Shown here: piece after piece, positions 1 to 12,800 of the stretch
How positions within the stretch are numbered: position 1 is the stretch's first letter
How the letters are laid out: every line of letters starts with the position of its first letter
Assembly: GCF_040938485.1 (NCBI RefSeq)
Contig: NW_027271324.1
Coordinates: 868,001 to 932,000, forward strand
Source of the DNA: Diadema antillarum
Lineage: Eukaryota
Length of the DNA stretch: 64,000 bases
Reading direction: 5' to 3'
Translations under genes and position numbers: made by a program
The notes under the pieces: generated by a model
What the model saw: only the letters and a program-made list of their open reading frames with translations
Told to the model about the DNA's origin: nothing
Database searches by the model: none

Positions 1-492
1 AGATTTGTGTCAAACATTGATTGTATCATTTTCCAAACTCCGTTTTAATAAGGTAATTTTCTGATTTGTAAATTTCACTTTTTTAATTTATTTTGTTTAG
101 ATAAATTTTTTTTTCCCTCGGCTCTGCCCACCCCAATGATACTGTGTTTTGTTTTGTTTTTCGTTTTGTTTTTGTGTATCTATATGATTTCTTTACCCTT
201 ATCAGACTTTGTTATTGTATTTTTGTTTTGTGAATATGTTTCTTGTCGTATTTGTGTATGCTATCTTTTGTTCTGTATTATTATTATTTTTTTTAATACC
301 ATGTATATTGATATAATTATACGGACTCACTGAAAAACAGCGCTGAGGCTGATAGTGGGTTTTTTTTAAACCGTATTGAAATAAAACAAACAAACAACAA
401 ACAAACAAACAAACAAACAAACAAACAATAGTGCTGCCAAAATGTTGACAGGGGCAGCGAACTGCTGCTCGCTCGGTTTGTTGTGATCAATA

Positions 493-816
493 CCCCCATT
501 CCACAGAGACTTTCTCTCATCGTTCACTCATCGGAAGCAAAGTGTATCACTTCCGGCCACCAAACGAAGCGTATCGGATCGTAGTCCGATGAATCCGACT
601 TGTGTCGGTCGACTATCAGGTGAATATCAGACATGTCCGATGAGGCAAGATCGTCCGATGAGGATAACTCGCGACATGTCTGACACTCACCTGATAGTCG
701 ACCAACCAAGTCGGATTCATCAGTCTGCGATCCGCTATACTTCGGTGGGTGGCCGGAAGCAACAAACTTCGCTTCCGATAAGTGACCGATGAGAGAGAAT
801 CTCTGTGGAATGGGGG
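493..816. mobile_element. Hairpin MITE with TA target-site duplication (Tc1/mariner-like non-autonomous element)
   Basis: TA|CCCCCATTCCACAGAG at 491 and CTCTGTGGAATGGGGG|TA ending 818. The arms are reverse-complementary along nearly the whole length, around a ~35 nt central loop. No coding capacity. Confidence 0.8.
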
Positions 817-3401
817 TATGAGGAATTGTGCGTATTTAAATAAAAATACTGTCTTTTGTCAAAGCAATTAAACACCTGCTATACAGAGCATAACTATTCT
901 TCTCCGCGGCCCGGGGCATGGGCAGACTCTTGTTTCTTCTCCTTCTCTAGCACCTTTCTACTACCAGATTACGGCATGTGAGATAATGGACCACTTTATT
1001 ACAAGAATTAATGCTCACTATTTCATGTTAAGATGATATCTTGCCTTTTTTCACATTTACATTTCACAACCAATTATACATGTGGCACGGGGCGCACAGT
1101 ACAGCTTTTTCCTGAAAGGCCCGCAAAAAAAAAAAGTTAACCGTAATTTTGTGGTTTCCCCAGATGTGCTCGCGCCCCAAAGGCGATGTTTGTCCCTCCC
1201 CCCCCCCCGGCAGTTTTTTCTTACTTGCTCAATTTTCATATTTTTCCCTTTTACATCTCTGATGTTAATATAATTATCATATTTTCACATCCTCGTAGTC
1301 ACAATTCTATTTTTTCAGTTTGATGTGTGTCTTTTTATTTTGATAAGCGATGCACAGGTAGCATTTTACCTACTGTTGAAATGCAGAATAGAATAAGTAA
1401 TATTGCCACAAGACATTTCCATATTTGGAGCACTAGGGTAGCTTTCTTTTGATAGGGCCTATTATCATTTCTTTGACTTTTTAGAAAATATGTCACTGCG
1501 TCGTGCTTGAGTTGCACAGAGAACGTCTTTCGTCATCAAAATTAATGCTTATCATTTTGTTTACCGAAAGTTAGCTTAAAAATGCGTAGCTCATGCACCT
1601 TTCACCTTATAATGTCCCTTGCAATTTTAGTGTGATCACTGTCGAATGAACGAGAAACTTAGTTTCTTTCATACCTGCAAGTTAACAATAATTGCTCTTG
1701 CTTCAGTGTGAAATAATGATCGTGACTAAGTTGTGTATTTTCATACACTAAGTATAATACATGTACTTGAGTAATGTACCATAATGGATGTGTGTAAAGG
1801 ATGGACGGAGGAGAGGAGCTTGTTTTCTTTTTCGTACGAATTAGATGTCTCGGCCGGTGTGCTCTGAAACCATAGATGGCGCTATAAACATGATATTCTG
1901 AGTCGACTTTACTTGGTATTGTGCAGAAGGTAAATTTTAAGCATACCATGTCCACTTATTAACAACGCAAAGAAGAAGGACGCAGCAACTATGTAACAAA
2001 CCTACACTTTGAAAATACTTACAAAGGGAGTAATACTTATAAACAGAAAAAAAAATCATGAGATGAAAATTTACTAGCGATTTAAACGTCGGTTGAGTCA
2101 GGGTGATAAAGAAAAACTGGCAAAAATTATAAAAGATATAATTATGATCTGTCGTAATTGCTAAATCAATACCAATATCATTTTTCATTATAATTATCAT
2201 AATCAGCATTTATTTTCCGTCAATATACTATCAGTACTATCTGAAAAAAAGTTCTTAATTTGTTTCACCATCTTCCGCTCGTTTATCATTGAACTATAAT
2301 GTCGTGCGAGTATAAAGTTGTGTCATGGTATAGAGGAATATTTGAAAAGTACATATTTTTTTCTTTTCTTTCAGACGCAATATCAATTCCGTTCTCGAGA
2401 GAAGTCGAACTTCAAGGACTCTTGGAAAATGAGGAAAAAGAGTCGATGGCAGTAAATCAAATGATGCACTTGGGAATATTCGGCATCTTAAAGCAAATAC
2501 TATACCTTAATAAATGGCAGTGATCAAGGTAACTTGAGTAAAGCTTGATTCACAGGAGACTCATTAGCTATTCTTGTCATCAATCACAATAACATGAATG
2601 TGATACGCATCAATTGATAGAATTCGGCGGTACTGGGTAAACAATGAGACAAGCGTAATACAAGCTATCTCTGTTTCTTTACTACCGTTGTTAATAGGCT
2701 CTAATAAGCGTGGTTTTATCAAGAAAAAGCGGCAAAACTGATTTTTTTTTTTATTCAGTGTCCTGCTGATATAATCTCGTTCTCCTTGAAGATGAAAACT
2801 GTACCCACCATTCTTGTCTATTTACGTATTTCCCAGTAAAAGATGCCGTAGTCACTATATATTAAAATGAATATTACAAGTACGTTCAAAACTCTGATTG
2901 ATTAAAAAAAATTAACATCTGCAAATACCCACGACAGAACATCAGTTGAGCATATAATAAATTATGTAACTCACTTCAGAGAACACATATGTTTTCCTAA
3001 CTACAAGTATTTTTTTCTTTAACCAACTACTAACCTTATGATTTTTACTGAGTACCTCTTTTAGATTCATTTCTCCTCTCAATTTCAAATTTAAAGGAAA
3101 AATAAACACCTACCTTGAAGGTTTTTTTTTTTAAACTCTACAAGTTACTAAACGAAGCATCTCTTTTGATATCCCTGTCTTTTACTTTCCACATATTTTT
3201 TCCACGATCTTTAGATCTATAAATTTTGTCATTTCATGAAAACAACAATTTTCAAGTAATACTTCAATCGAACTGTTATCTGTGACAATATATATATATA
3301 TCATCGGAGTGTACATGTCTGACCTCAAAATTCAAGAAGAATAAGAAGAAATAATCCATTCTAATTTTGATACGCACATGCATACAAAACATACAGACTG
3401 T

Positions 3402-3408
3402 ACACACA

Positions 3409-3457
<49 letters not shown>
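3402..3457. repeat. (CA)n microsatellite
   Basis: Near-pure CA run. Confidence 0.95.
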
Positions 3458-3458
<1 letters not shown>

Positions 3459-4274
3459 GGCGCGGCTAGATCCATACACACTGGCATTTACAAATAATTA
3501 TTAGGTCCTGTACCTGAAACTATTATCACAGACAATTTATTGTTAGACACTTACAATCTTTCTTCTTCTTTTTTTACATCATGTCGAATAAAAATTCCTC
3601 TGTTCACTTCCATATTTTTGATAGACTTGTAGCTGATTAAGATGAATACCTTGAAATGATCCGCCCGAATTTTAGAATCACATGCTATTCGTCAATGTTA
3701 ATGCATAAATACTATATTTCCGTGTAAAGTTAAAGAGCATGTGCAAATTTCGCAAGAAACAAAACTGATATTGCTGTAAAGACGATGTCTTCATCATGGT
3801 CCCCTGTGCGCGCTGGTTTATTGATTGTAGTGACAGAAGCTCATCTATCAAACCAAACATACATTTATATATATTCTAAGCATTGTACATTTTTCTAATA
3901 AATTCGAGAAAATCGGACAATCGCCCAATAGTTACTGCCACTCAACATCAACAACAGCAAAAATACCTCCAGCAATTTTGTTTTGAATCGTTTATGATAT
4001 CTAGTGGCCTATTATCTATTCTTTATTATGATGTAACATGACTACATTTACAACAATTTCGAAACAAGCAATGTTTTACGCTGTGTTTTGGAATGATTTA
4101 TTTGTTCGTAACGCTCGTTGTCATTCAGGTTATTGGTCATCTGATCATGAGTCAACTTAGAAGGAAAATGACACATGTGTACATATATACATATGATAAT
4201 AAATATACTAATAATTAATTTTTGCCTCTCTTTTGAATTATGTGCATGAACACTCTTCTTCCCCCCTCTCAGTA

Positions 4275-4276
<2 letters not shown>

Positions 4277-4324
<48 letters not shown>

Positions 4325-4326
4325 AC
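4277..4326. repeat. (CA)n microsatellite
   Basis: CA run, followed by (TCTG)/(TC) runs at ~4420-4480. Confidence 0.95.
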
Positions 4327-4425
4327 GCATTCTCAATACACAAATACTTTTCTTTTGTAATTCATCTTTCTTGAACCTGTTCCACATTCACCCGTGTATG
4401 GAAAAAAATGTGTACTTTTGTCTGC

Positions 4426-4475
<50 letters not shown>

Positions 4476-6459
4476 TCTCTCACAACCAACCAAACAGCTA
4501 CTTTGTTAGCAACGACACACAGCTCACATGCCCGCATGCACAAACGCAAACACAACGTGTCTGAATGACTCGAGGGCCACATAAATGTACTTAGGTCTTT
4601 TTTTACCATTAAATATTTATTATCAAAATATCTAACAACAGATATTCTTTTTTCTTTTGGACGTGTAGATGCACGATACAGTTAAAGTCCAGCCAATGAT
4701 AACATTCCAAATCGATAAACAACACCCAAACACAAAAAGAAGATGAATCATGTCGAGATGATGACAAAAACAACGCTGAAAGTGGAATGAGCGAAGAATG
4801 ATGCATTATTGGTTATTATAAGAACATACCGTTGGTTAAGATCAGCATATTTTTCAAATGCATAATATGTATCTAAAAAGATCAGGCCAATGCAGAATAG
4901 ATAAAGTTTGAAACGTAACAGATTGAAAGAACAGATGAGATCACCATGGAGGGTTCCTTTATTATTTTGTCAATACTACTACATCAATGATGTTTTTGTA
5001 TTCATGCTTGTTATCTTCTCCAGTATATTGCCATTTTTTTCAATCACTATAACCTTTAGCCAGGGCTCGACAGTATATATTTTTTCTCCTCTGGTAGCAT
5101 TATCACCCCAATACAACGACCAGACATTTTCTACGAAAACTACGTCCCACATTCCATAATACTGTCATGCTTTCAACTCTTCATGCGTTCAAGATCCTCT
5201 CGCCAAGCTTTTGAGATGCACAATAGTTAATGAAAATGCGGTAAATTCTTGAGGCTAAAGTACACTCTCTTGCAATACTGATATGACGTGTATAAACATC
5301 CACCGCAGAGAATAGGTGTTTTTTCACCATGATCTAAAACATTCTATTATGGAGAAGCGTGTATTTTTGCGGAGATCCCCATCAACTAAATTATGACAAA
5401 CTTTTTACTGCAGTTTGCAGCATTTTTCTTTGATAAACTTTCTTTTATTGTCCATTTCCTATAAAGTTTGAAAACTATTCGCACTTAACTTTCACCCGAT
5501 CTCATTTGTCATGCCAATTTTGACACACACATTACAATTTCATGCAATGGTATACTTTTAAAAGACAAAACTTTAATGATATCTTTCTGAAATGAAAAGG
5601 GTAAGAGTCGATCATATGATTATAATCATAATTATCATCATCACTTCAAACTCAATCGCTCACGATGGTGGTGTCCTGCATTCAATTATCTCTGTTATTT
5701 ACTGAAAAATACTATATATCTTATTGCATGTTTCTGTATAATGTATGTACATGTATACTGCTCAGTACAATTGCTTATGTTTGTCTATTTGTGTAATGTC
5801 ATATTATCATTTTATATCACTGCACTTGTTATTCTTTGTCTTTGTGCTTTTGAAATGTGTATTCAATTTGTATATGACCGAATTCGGAAATAAATCAAAT
5901 CAAATCAAATCAAAATATTGCTAAAGATGTACTTTTGGATTCCTGACAATTCTGGATGTGATATAAATTTCTACTGTAAAATATTAGACCTGATTAAGTT
6001 CATGTAACCTTTAAGATTGAGGCTAAAACAGTTTGTCTTTGTAACATCTGACAAGTTTATGTATGTCAGTGTATTGACAGTCTGACATTCAATATAATTT
6101 GTATATTTTGTTTACTTTTCTCTGTTCCTCAAAATCACATTTTCACATTACCAAGGGGGATAAAAGAGAAAGTGTTACGAAATACAACGGATACCCGCGG
6201 AGATAAAACCAGTCTTAAGATAGAACTCTTGTTGCCTTCAGTTCAGTACCAGATGCCCCAAAGCCGGATCATTTATTGTGCTTATTGTTGAAGTGAGTTT
6301 GTATCAATTGAATTACACATCCACTGCCTGTGCTCTGAGAACTAACCATAACGTTTACATGAAATAGTTCCCTTTATCTCAGACGATTTTGAAAGTTCTG
6401 CGTTCTTTAAGGTCGATCATACGCAAATATACCCATGACCAAAGGATCCTATCCCATAC

Positions 6460-7866
6460 CTATAGTGACCTAAATACAAGATACGAAACCAAGCTTTGGG
6501 GCAATTGCAAATCTTTCAAAGCATTTGGGAGGTTCTGTTTTCCGAGTACTTTTCTTATGACTCGTCTGCACGCATTGCGCAGTGAGATCGGGTTAGCCGC
6601 TACGATGGCAACATCCTCCAAATCGGGTCTCACGTATTCTACGGGTACGTCACCCTTGGGTGTCCGAAGCCTCGTATCAACCGACGCCTCGAGGAGCAAA
6701 CTACGTGTGCGCTGCAAATTGACAAGGAGTGAAAAGCTCGAAAGCACACTGAAAGGATCTAAGGGTCGAATGCTGATTGTGATGCGCGCACCGTAGTCTA
6801 GGAGCGTGAGAATCTGTTGAAAGCATTTATCGTCAATTTCCTTCAGCCTATTAGCTATATCGACGTCCCCTCTCGTGGGGTTGTCGCCGTCTTCGTCGAT
6901 GGCTTTCTGCCAGTGCACGAGCACACATTTCACTGGAGTGTCCATGAGAGTTGTTGTCGAGTTCACGAACGCGCCGTTGTTAAGCAGTAGCTTGAGCATT
7001 GCTGGATCAGCGCCAGACGAGCATGCGCGATGCAGTGGATGGTATCGGAGCGAGTTGCGTGAAGTCACGATGGCGCCGTTTGCGATCAACATCGTTGCAA
7101 TCTCAAGGTTTCCTCGAGATGCAGCGTGATGTAGCGGCGAGTTTAGGAGACCATCTTTACAGTTGGCGTCGGCACCATAGAGTAGCAGCAATTCCACAAT
7201 GGCTTTTGCATTGCTGTACACCGCCATCTGTAATGCAGTTTGTCCGTGGAGGTGAGAGTGTTCGACCTGTGTGGCAACATCCGGATCGGCACCATTCTTC
7301 AGCAAAATGTAGGCAAAGAGAGTATTCTTTGCCCGAGTAGCATGATGGAGAGGCACCAGGCCGGCGGTGTCTCGCACGTTCGGATCAGCGCCGTAGCGAA
7401 GTAACAACTCCAGACAATCTGCATGTATACCCGGCAACGCGTGAATCTCGTATCCGATGCTCTTATGAAATGCGTTGGGCTCAGCGCCGTGCTGCAGGAG
7501 AACGGCCGCGCACTCGCAATAACCCTTCTGAAGCGCCAGATGCAGCGGTGCGCAGTCTGAGGAATCCTTAGCGTCGACCTGCGCGCCCATGCCTATCAGC
7601 TCATTGGCCAATGCTGCGCGATTGTAGCGCGCTGCGACGTGGAGCGGCGTAAATCCGCATTGATCTCGAGCGTCGACGTCACAACCTTTTTCTTGGAAAA
7701 GTTTGACACAGTCGCCTCGATCCTTGAAGACTGCGTGATGGAGTGCACGTAAGCTTAGCTCCCCGACAGGTTCGTTAATGTCGATGCGGGATAGCTCAAA
7801 AAGCTGTTTGATTTCTTCGATAGTCGAGCCGTCAGTGATAGCGTTGATGACATCTTGAATCGGCAT
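6460..7866 (-). CDS. Ankyrin repeat and SOCS box protein (ASB family; putative Cullin5-ElonginBC substrate receptor), 468 aa in one coding exon
   Basis: About 9 ankyrin repeats (e.g. GFTPLHVAARYN...GAQVD, GQTALQMAV...GADAN, NSPLHHAASRGN...GA). C-terminal SOCS box PISLRNACRRVIRKVLG...LQLPQSLVSYL. A polypyrimidine tract plus AG directly precedes the ATG, so upstream exon(s) are likely. Candidate AATAAA at 6272-6277 (minus). Confidence 0.92.
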   Translation of the reverse strand: MPIQDVINAITDGSTIEEIKQLFELSRIDINEPVGELSLRALHHAVFKDRGDCVKLFQEKGCDVDARDQCGFTPLHVAARYNRAALANELIGMGAQVDAKDSSDCAPLHLALQKGYCECAAVLLQHGAEPNAFHKSIGYEIHALPGIHADCLELLLRYGADPNVRDTAGLVPLHHATRAKNTLFAYILLKNGADPDVATQVEHSHLHGQTALQMAVYSNAKAIVELLLLYGADANCKDGLLNSPLHHAASRGNLEIATMLIANGAIVTSRNSLRYHPLHRACSSGADPAMLKLLLNNGAFVNSTTTLMDTPVKCVLVHWQKAIDEDGDNPTRGDVDIANRLKEIDDKCFQQILTLLDYGARITISIRPLDPFSVLSSFSLLVNLQRTRSLLLEASVDTRLRTPKGDVPVEYVRPDLEDVAIVAANPISLRNACRRVIRKVLGKQNLPNALKDLQLPQSLVSYLVFRSL

Positions 7867-8517
7867 CTTAGGAGACCAAAAGTAAAATGAAACTGCATGA
7901 TGATAGAGTTAAGCAGCGAAAATATGAACAAAAATCAAGTGTTCTGAATACAAGCTGCAGGCGAAAGGATTTCATGCTATATATATAACCAGAAGTGAAA
8001 TATAATCTCTTTTTAAATTACTTCTACATATTACATATTATCATATACTTATATAATTACACTATACTTAATACTCTATTTGAATCTACGTTTCTATACA
8101 TCAGACAATCTAGAGACAATTTCTATCATGTCGTGATATGTTTCTGTATGAAATGTTTTTTTAAACTTTAACTTTATAGTCATATCAGTTCAAATCAAAG
8201 AATGATGCTGTTGACATAATTATGATATGTACAATGTTGTAGACGATGCATGACAGAGTATACAGATTCCGCAAGGATTACGATAGTATACAAATGGAGA
8301 CAGACACATAATTATGATTATATAATCATATGAATGTGTATATAACATATTTGAGTTTAAAGTCTTCCTTTGTGTAACATTTTGTGTAATGTTTATATAC
8401 AATTATACATAAATATATATAATGAAGAAACAAACTGGTAATGCATTTTTGGCCAATAAAGCATGAGTTTATTCGACTCAAATTCTCGTTGTCCTACGTC
8501 TTCTTCAGGAGTATGTA

Positions 8518-8518
8518 T

Positions 8519-8556
<38 letters not shown>

Positions 8557-8645
8557 TGTGTGTATTTGTCATATATAACACATATTGTAATATATTACAA
8601 TATTACAATATTGTAATATATTGTAATATATATATACCACAAACA

Positions 8646-8695
<50 letters not shown>
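8518..8695. repeat. (CA)n/(TA)n low-complexity microsatellite cluster
   Basis: CA run then TA-rich runs; (GACA)/(GA) runs follow at ~8845-8905. Confidence 0.9.
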
Positions 8696-9373
8696 CACAA
8701 ACAGGACTTTAAACTCTCGTTTCCAACGCAGATAAACGCATACAATCACGTGCAAAGGGCGGACGTGACAGAGAGTACCAAAATGGAAAGAATGCGAGTA
8801 ATTAAAACAGAAACCAGAGGACTAGAACGCAGACAGGGAAAGAAACAGACAGACAGACAAACAGACAGAGAGACGGATAGAGATAGAGAGACGTACAGAC
8901 AGAGAGGGAGAGAAATACATGGTAATTGTTGGGAAGGTGAGGAGCAGTTTGAAAACTGAACTGGAGAGGCTTGAAAGAACCTCCATCATTAGCTGTTTTA
9001 GTTATTTATGTGCATTTTACCTTGTTTTATTTTCTGATGTCTATCATATCTCAACATGCACTATTATCTTTTTAAATATATTGACGTGTACTTGTCGGGC
9101 AGAGGCTTTCACTACAGGATAGTGTAGAATTGTACAGGCTGTCGTGTTAGTGTAAGCGATCGTGGCTTTAAATTCCTGTGCAAGTTTCATACACGGCAGT
9201 CGAGTAGAAGGAAAAAGACGGAAAATTGTTGGTGTATACTTTACATCTTTACTTGCATAAAGTTCATCCTACTATCAAAGCCTTTACATTAACCTTCAAC
9301 TCTATTTTTTGATCTCTATCTTTATTGTCCTTTATTTACTTATCTATTTTTTATTGCTCCTACTGTTGTTTAA

Positions 9374-9730
9374 AGGGGATGGCTAGTAACTGATCAGTGG
9401 GAATCAGTGGGAATGCTGGAGAATGATTGTTCCAATCCTTGTGGGATTCATTTAAGAGTGCATTATATATCTATTGTTGTGTGAAAAGTGTTTGCTGCAA
9501 AATGGTCTCATATTCAAGTAATGTGCAGTTTAATGTTTCCAGGTTAGCGTGCCTGGTCAGTGACGGGGCATTAATCTGCACATTACTTGAATATGAGACC
9601 ATTCTGCAGCAAATAATTTTCACACAACAGTAGATATATAATGTAATCTTAAATGAATCCCACAAGGATTGGAACAATCATCCCTCAGCATTTCCACTGA
9701 TTCCCACTGATCGGTTACTAGCCATCCCCT
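9374..9730. mobile_element. Hairpin MITE with TTAA TSD (Kolobok-type termini)
   Basis: TTAA|AGGGGATGGCTAGTAAC ... GTTACTAGCCATCCCCT|TTAA. Arms of ~160 bp are near-perfect inverted repeats. TTAA TSD plus 5'-AG ends match Kolobok elements. Confidence 0.85.
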
Positions 9731-9866
9731 TTAAAGACCCCAGTAGCATGGGGGAATCGATCTCCATTCACTGTCCACCGGGGTACATTCGAAAACCACG
9801 AATAGTGCCCGTCAGCGAATATGTGCGGGCGTATACGCGCTTCGGTATAATAACGTTCGACTCTTA

Positions 9867-12800
9867 ACCGGAGGGCCAAACCCCAAAAAGTCGCTTACTT
9901 AACGAGTGAGTTGCACTCTCTCTACAAACTAAGTGGACCATGCTTATTTTCAAGTTTTTATTGTAACAAACAACATTCCACTGGTCTACCTCAAAAAATT
10001 TGTTGCGAAAGCCTCCAAATCCAAGATGGCGTCCAAGATGGCCGCCATATTTACCGAATTTGTTATTTGAAAGATACAATTTGATTGAAAGATCAGATTT
10101 CAACAAATGTGATGTCATATGAAAGAGAATAAAATTTTCTACAAGTTGATACCATTTTTGTGGGTTATTGTGATAAGTGGATTGAGATTTTAAGGAAAAA
10201 ACACTCATTTTTTGATATTTTTCTGAAAAAAGGAAAATCATGAAAATGCTTGATTCAGCATAAATCACAGAAAGACTGAAGGATTATCTTGAAACGTTTC
10301 AAGAATTTTGTTTGACATACAATTAATATTCGGAGAAAATTAGGGGTCAGTACCTTGTTTGGTTCAGGAGTTATAATTTCTCAAACTTGAAAACTCACTA
10401 TGTAAAAATGGCCACTTTAGTTGTGACAATACCTTGTTGGTCGTAAAAAGAGCCTGCGCGCGCCAAGACTACTACATGCACCACTGACACTGGCGCTTGT
10501 AGCAGTGCCAGTGGTGCGTGTAGTAGTCTTGGCAAACGCAGACATTTTCTTTGACAAACAAGGGTTTGTGCCTGCAAACTAACTTTTCATACCAAGTGGT
10601 AGCTCAGGTGACGCTGATTGCTATCATTTCAAAGTAGATTGTTCTGAAGCAGATGAGATGAAGCAAAAATATCTTTCAAATAGAGGTAGAAGCTTGAGAC
10701 AACCTTGCTATAGAAAGTTTCAAACAAAATCTGGATCAATCACTCAAAAAATTCAAGATTGCAGGCCATCAAAGCTGACATAGTGTATTGCGCCAAAGTA
10801 AATGTATCATTTCGATTTTGATACAATTTTGTCTGTTTTGCTGTCTATTTATGTGGTTTTTATATATTCTGAACATTTTAATGCTATTCCAAACCATCTT
10901 AGGTTTTTACGGAGACATTTTTTTCAGAATGCACCATGAATATTTCTCTAAAAAGTTAAAAAAATTAAATTAAAAATGTTTATGAAAACCATGCAGAAAT
11001 TAACATCTTTCCCATATAATCAATATTTGGAGAAAATTAGAGGTCAGTATTGTATTTGGTTCAGGAGTTATAATGTCTCAAACTTGAAATCCCATTTTAC
11101 ATAATATGCATTTACACGCATCTGTTCCCAAAGACGTCACAGAGGGTCAAATCCAAGATCGTGCTTACTTTTCGAATTCCACTCTCTCTATAAACAAGAC
11201 CATACATAATATTAAGCATACTAAGCAATGTTCCGTAAGTACACCTCAATAGATTTGTTGCAAAAACCTCCAAAGTGCAGATGCGGTCCAATAGGGCCGC
11301 CATTTTTATTGAAGTTAACATTTCAAACATAAAATTTGATAGAGACATTGGATTGCAACACATTTGATGTCATATGAAGGAGAGTAAAACTTCCTAAAAG
11401 TTGATGCCACTTTAGCTGTGTATTGTGATAAATTGGGGGGGGGGGATCCATATCTTTATATTGTTTTGAAAAAAGGAAGAAATGTGAAAATACATGATTT
11501 AGTATTTATCAAAGAAGAACTGAAGAATTATTTTGAAACCTGCGATTGAGATTGAGATTTACTGAGATTGAGACATAATTCATATTTCTGGAATTACAGG
11601 CAATATCATACACTATTGACAAGTTAACGTCTAAAACTTGAAAAAATTACATTTATACATTATAAATTTTGCATACAATGTGTTTACATGGTCACATGTA
11701 ATACTGTAACGGTCTAGTGACTTGCAAGTACCTGCAAACTAACTTTTCATGCCAAGTGGTAGGTGACGCTGATCGCTATTACTGTAGCATTTCATCATAG
11801 TAGATTGTTCTGAGGCAGATAAAATTGAACAGAAAATATTTTCCAAAAAGAGATAGGAGCTTGAAATTTGGCACAAATTTTGCCAATGTGTAATATTTAG
11901 CGATAAAAATAGTATCCACACAAAATTCAAGATGGCGGTAATTAATCGAGGTTGTCGTTCAAGGCATTGTTTACCATTAGTGCACATAAAACAAAAGCCC
12001 AGCTTTACTTAATTCCTCAAACTAGTTCTAAACTGTGAGTTAGGGATAGAACAACTAATGTACAAACTGAAATCAGTATAATTAATGCTAAATATTGTTA
12101 GATATACTAAATAGATCTGATAAGAATGTTTTTTTATATACTAAATTGTCAACAGTTATGGCTATGGTTTCTTGAAAAGCAATGGTGATATCTCCGTATG
12201 TTTTAGGCTTTATTATAATTTTTTTACATGGTAGAATGTTTTGTAATACAATAACCTGCACATATAAATGTGATATCTCTCCCAATAGTAGAATACCTTT
12301 AGTGTGTTGCGTCAAAGTTAAATCTCAACTTATAACTTATAATTTGATATATTTTTTTAATCTTCTTATATTGCTGTCTATTACATGTTCCTATACATCC
12401 GAACGATATTGTGCTAGTGTAAACCATATTGGGGGTCTTTTTTTTTTTCTTTGTTTTTTTTTTTTTTGGGGGGGGGGGGGGGGGTGGAGCTCATTCCACT
12501 GTTAGGGCATAAGGCCCAATCTTTGATAAAAAAAGAAATGCTTCTGTATCAAAGATATGCTATTTTACTTGTATGTTACTCTGCTGTTGTAGAAACGCCT
12601 GAATGATGATGGTATATGTGTAATAATGTCTGATCCGTAGATGTCCTTGAAAGCCCTTCTGATCCGAACCCCCCCCCCCAAAAAAAAAAAAAAAAAAAAA
12701 AATCCGACATGGCGGCAATTTCTCAACTTTGTTGTGCGAAATGTGTTGTGCGAAATTACTTTTCAGTATATTGTTCGAATAAAATTGTCCAAATTGATTA

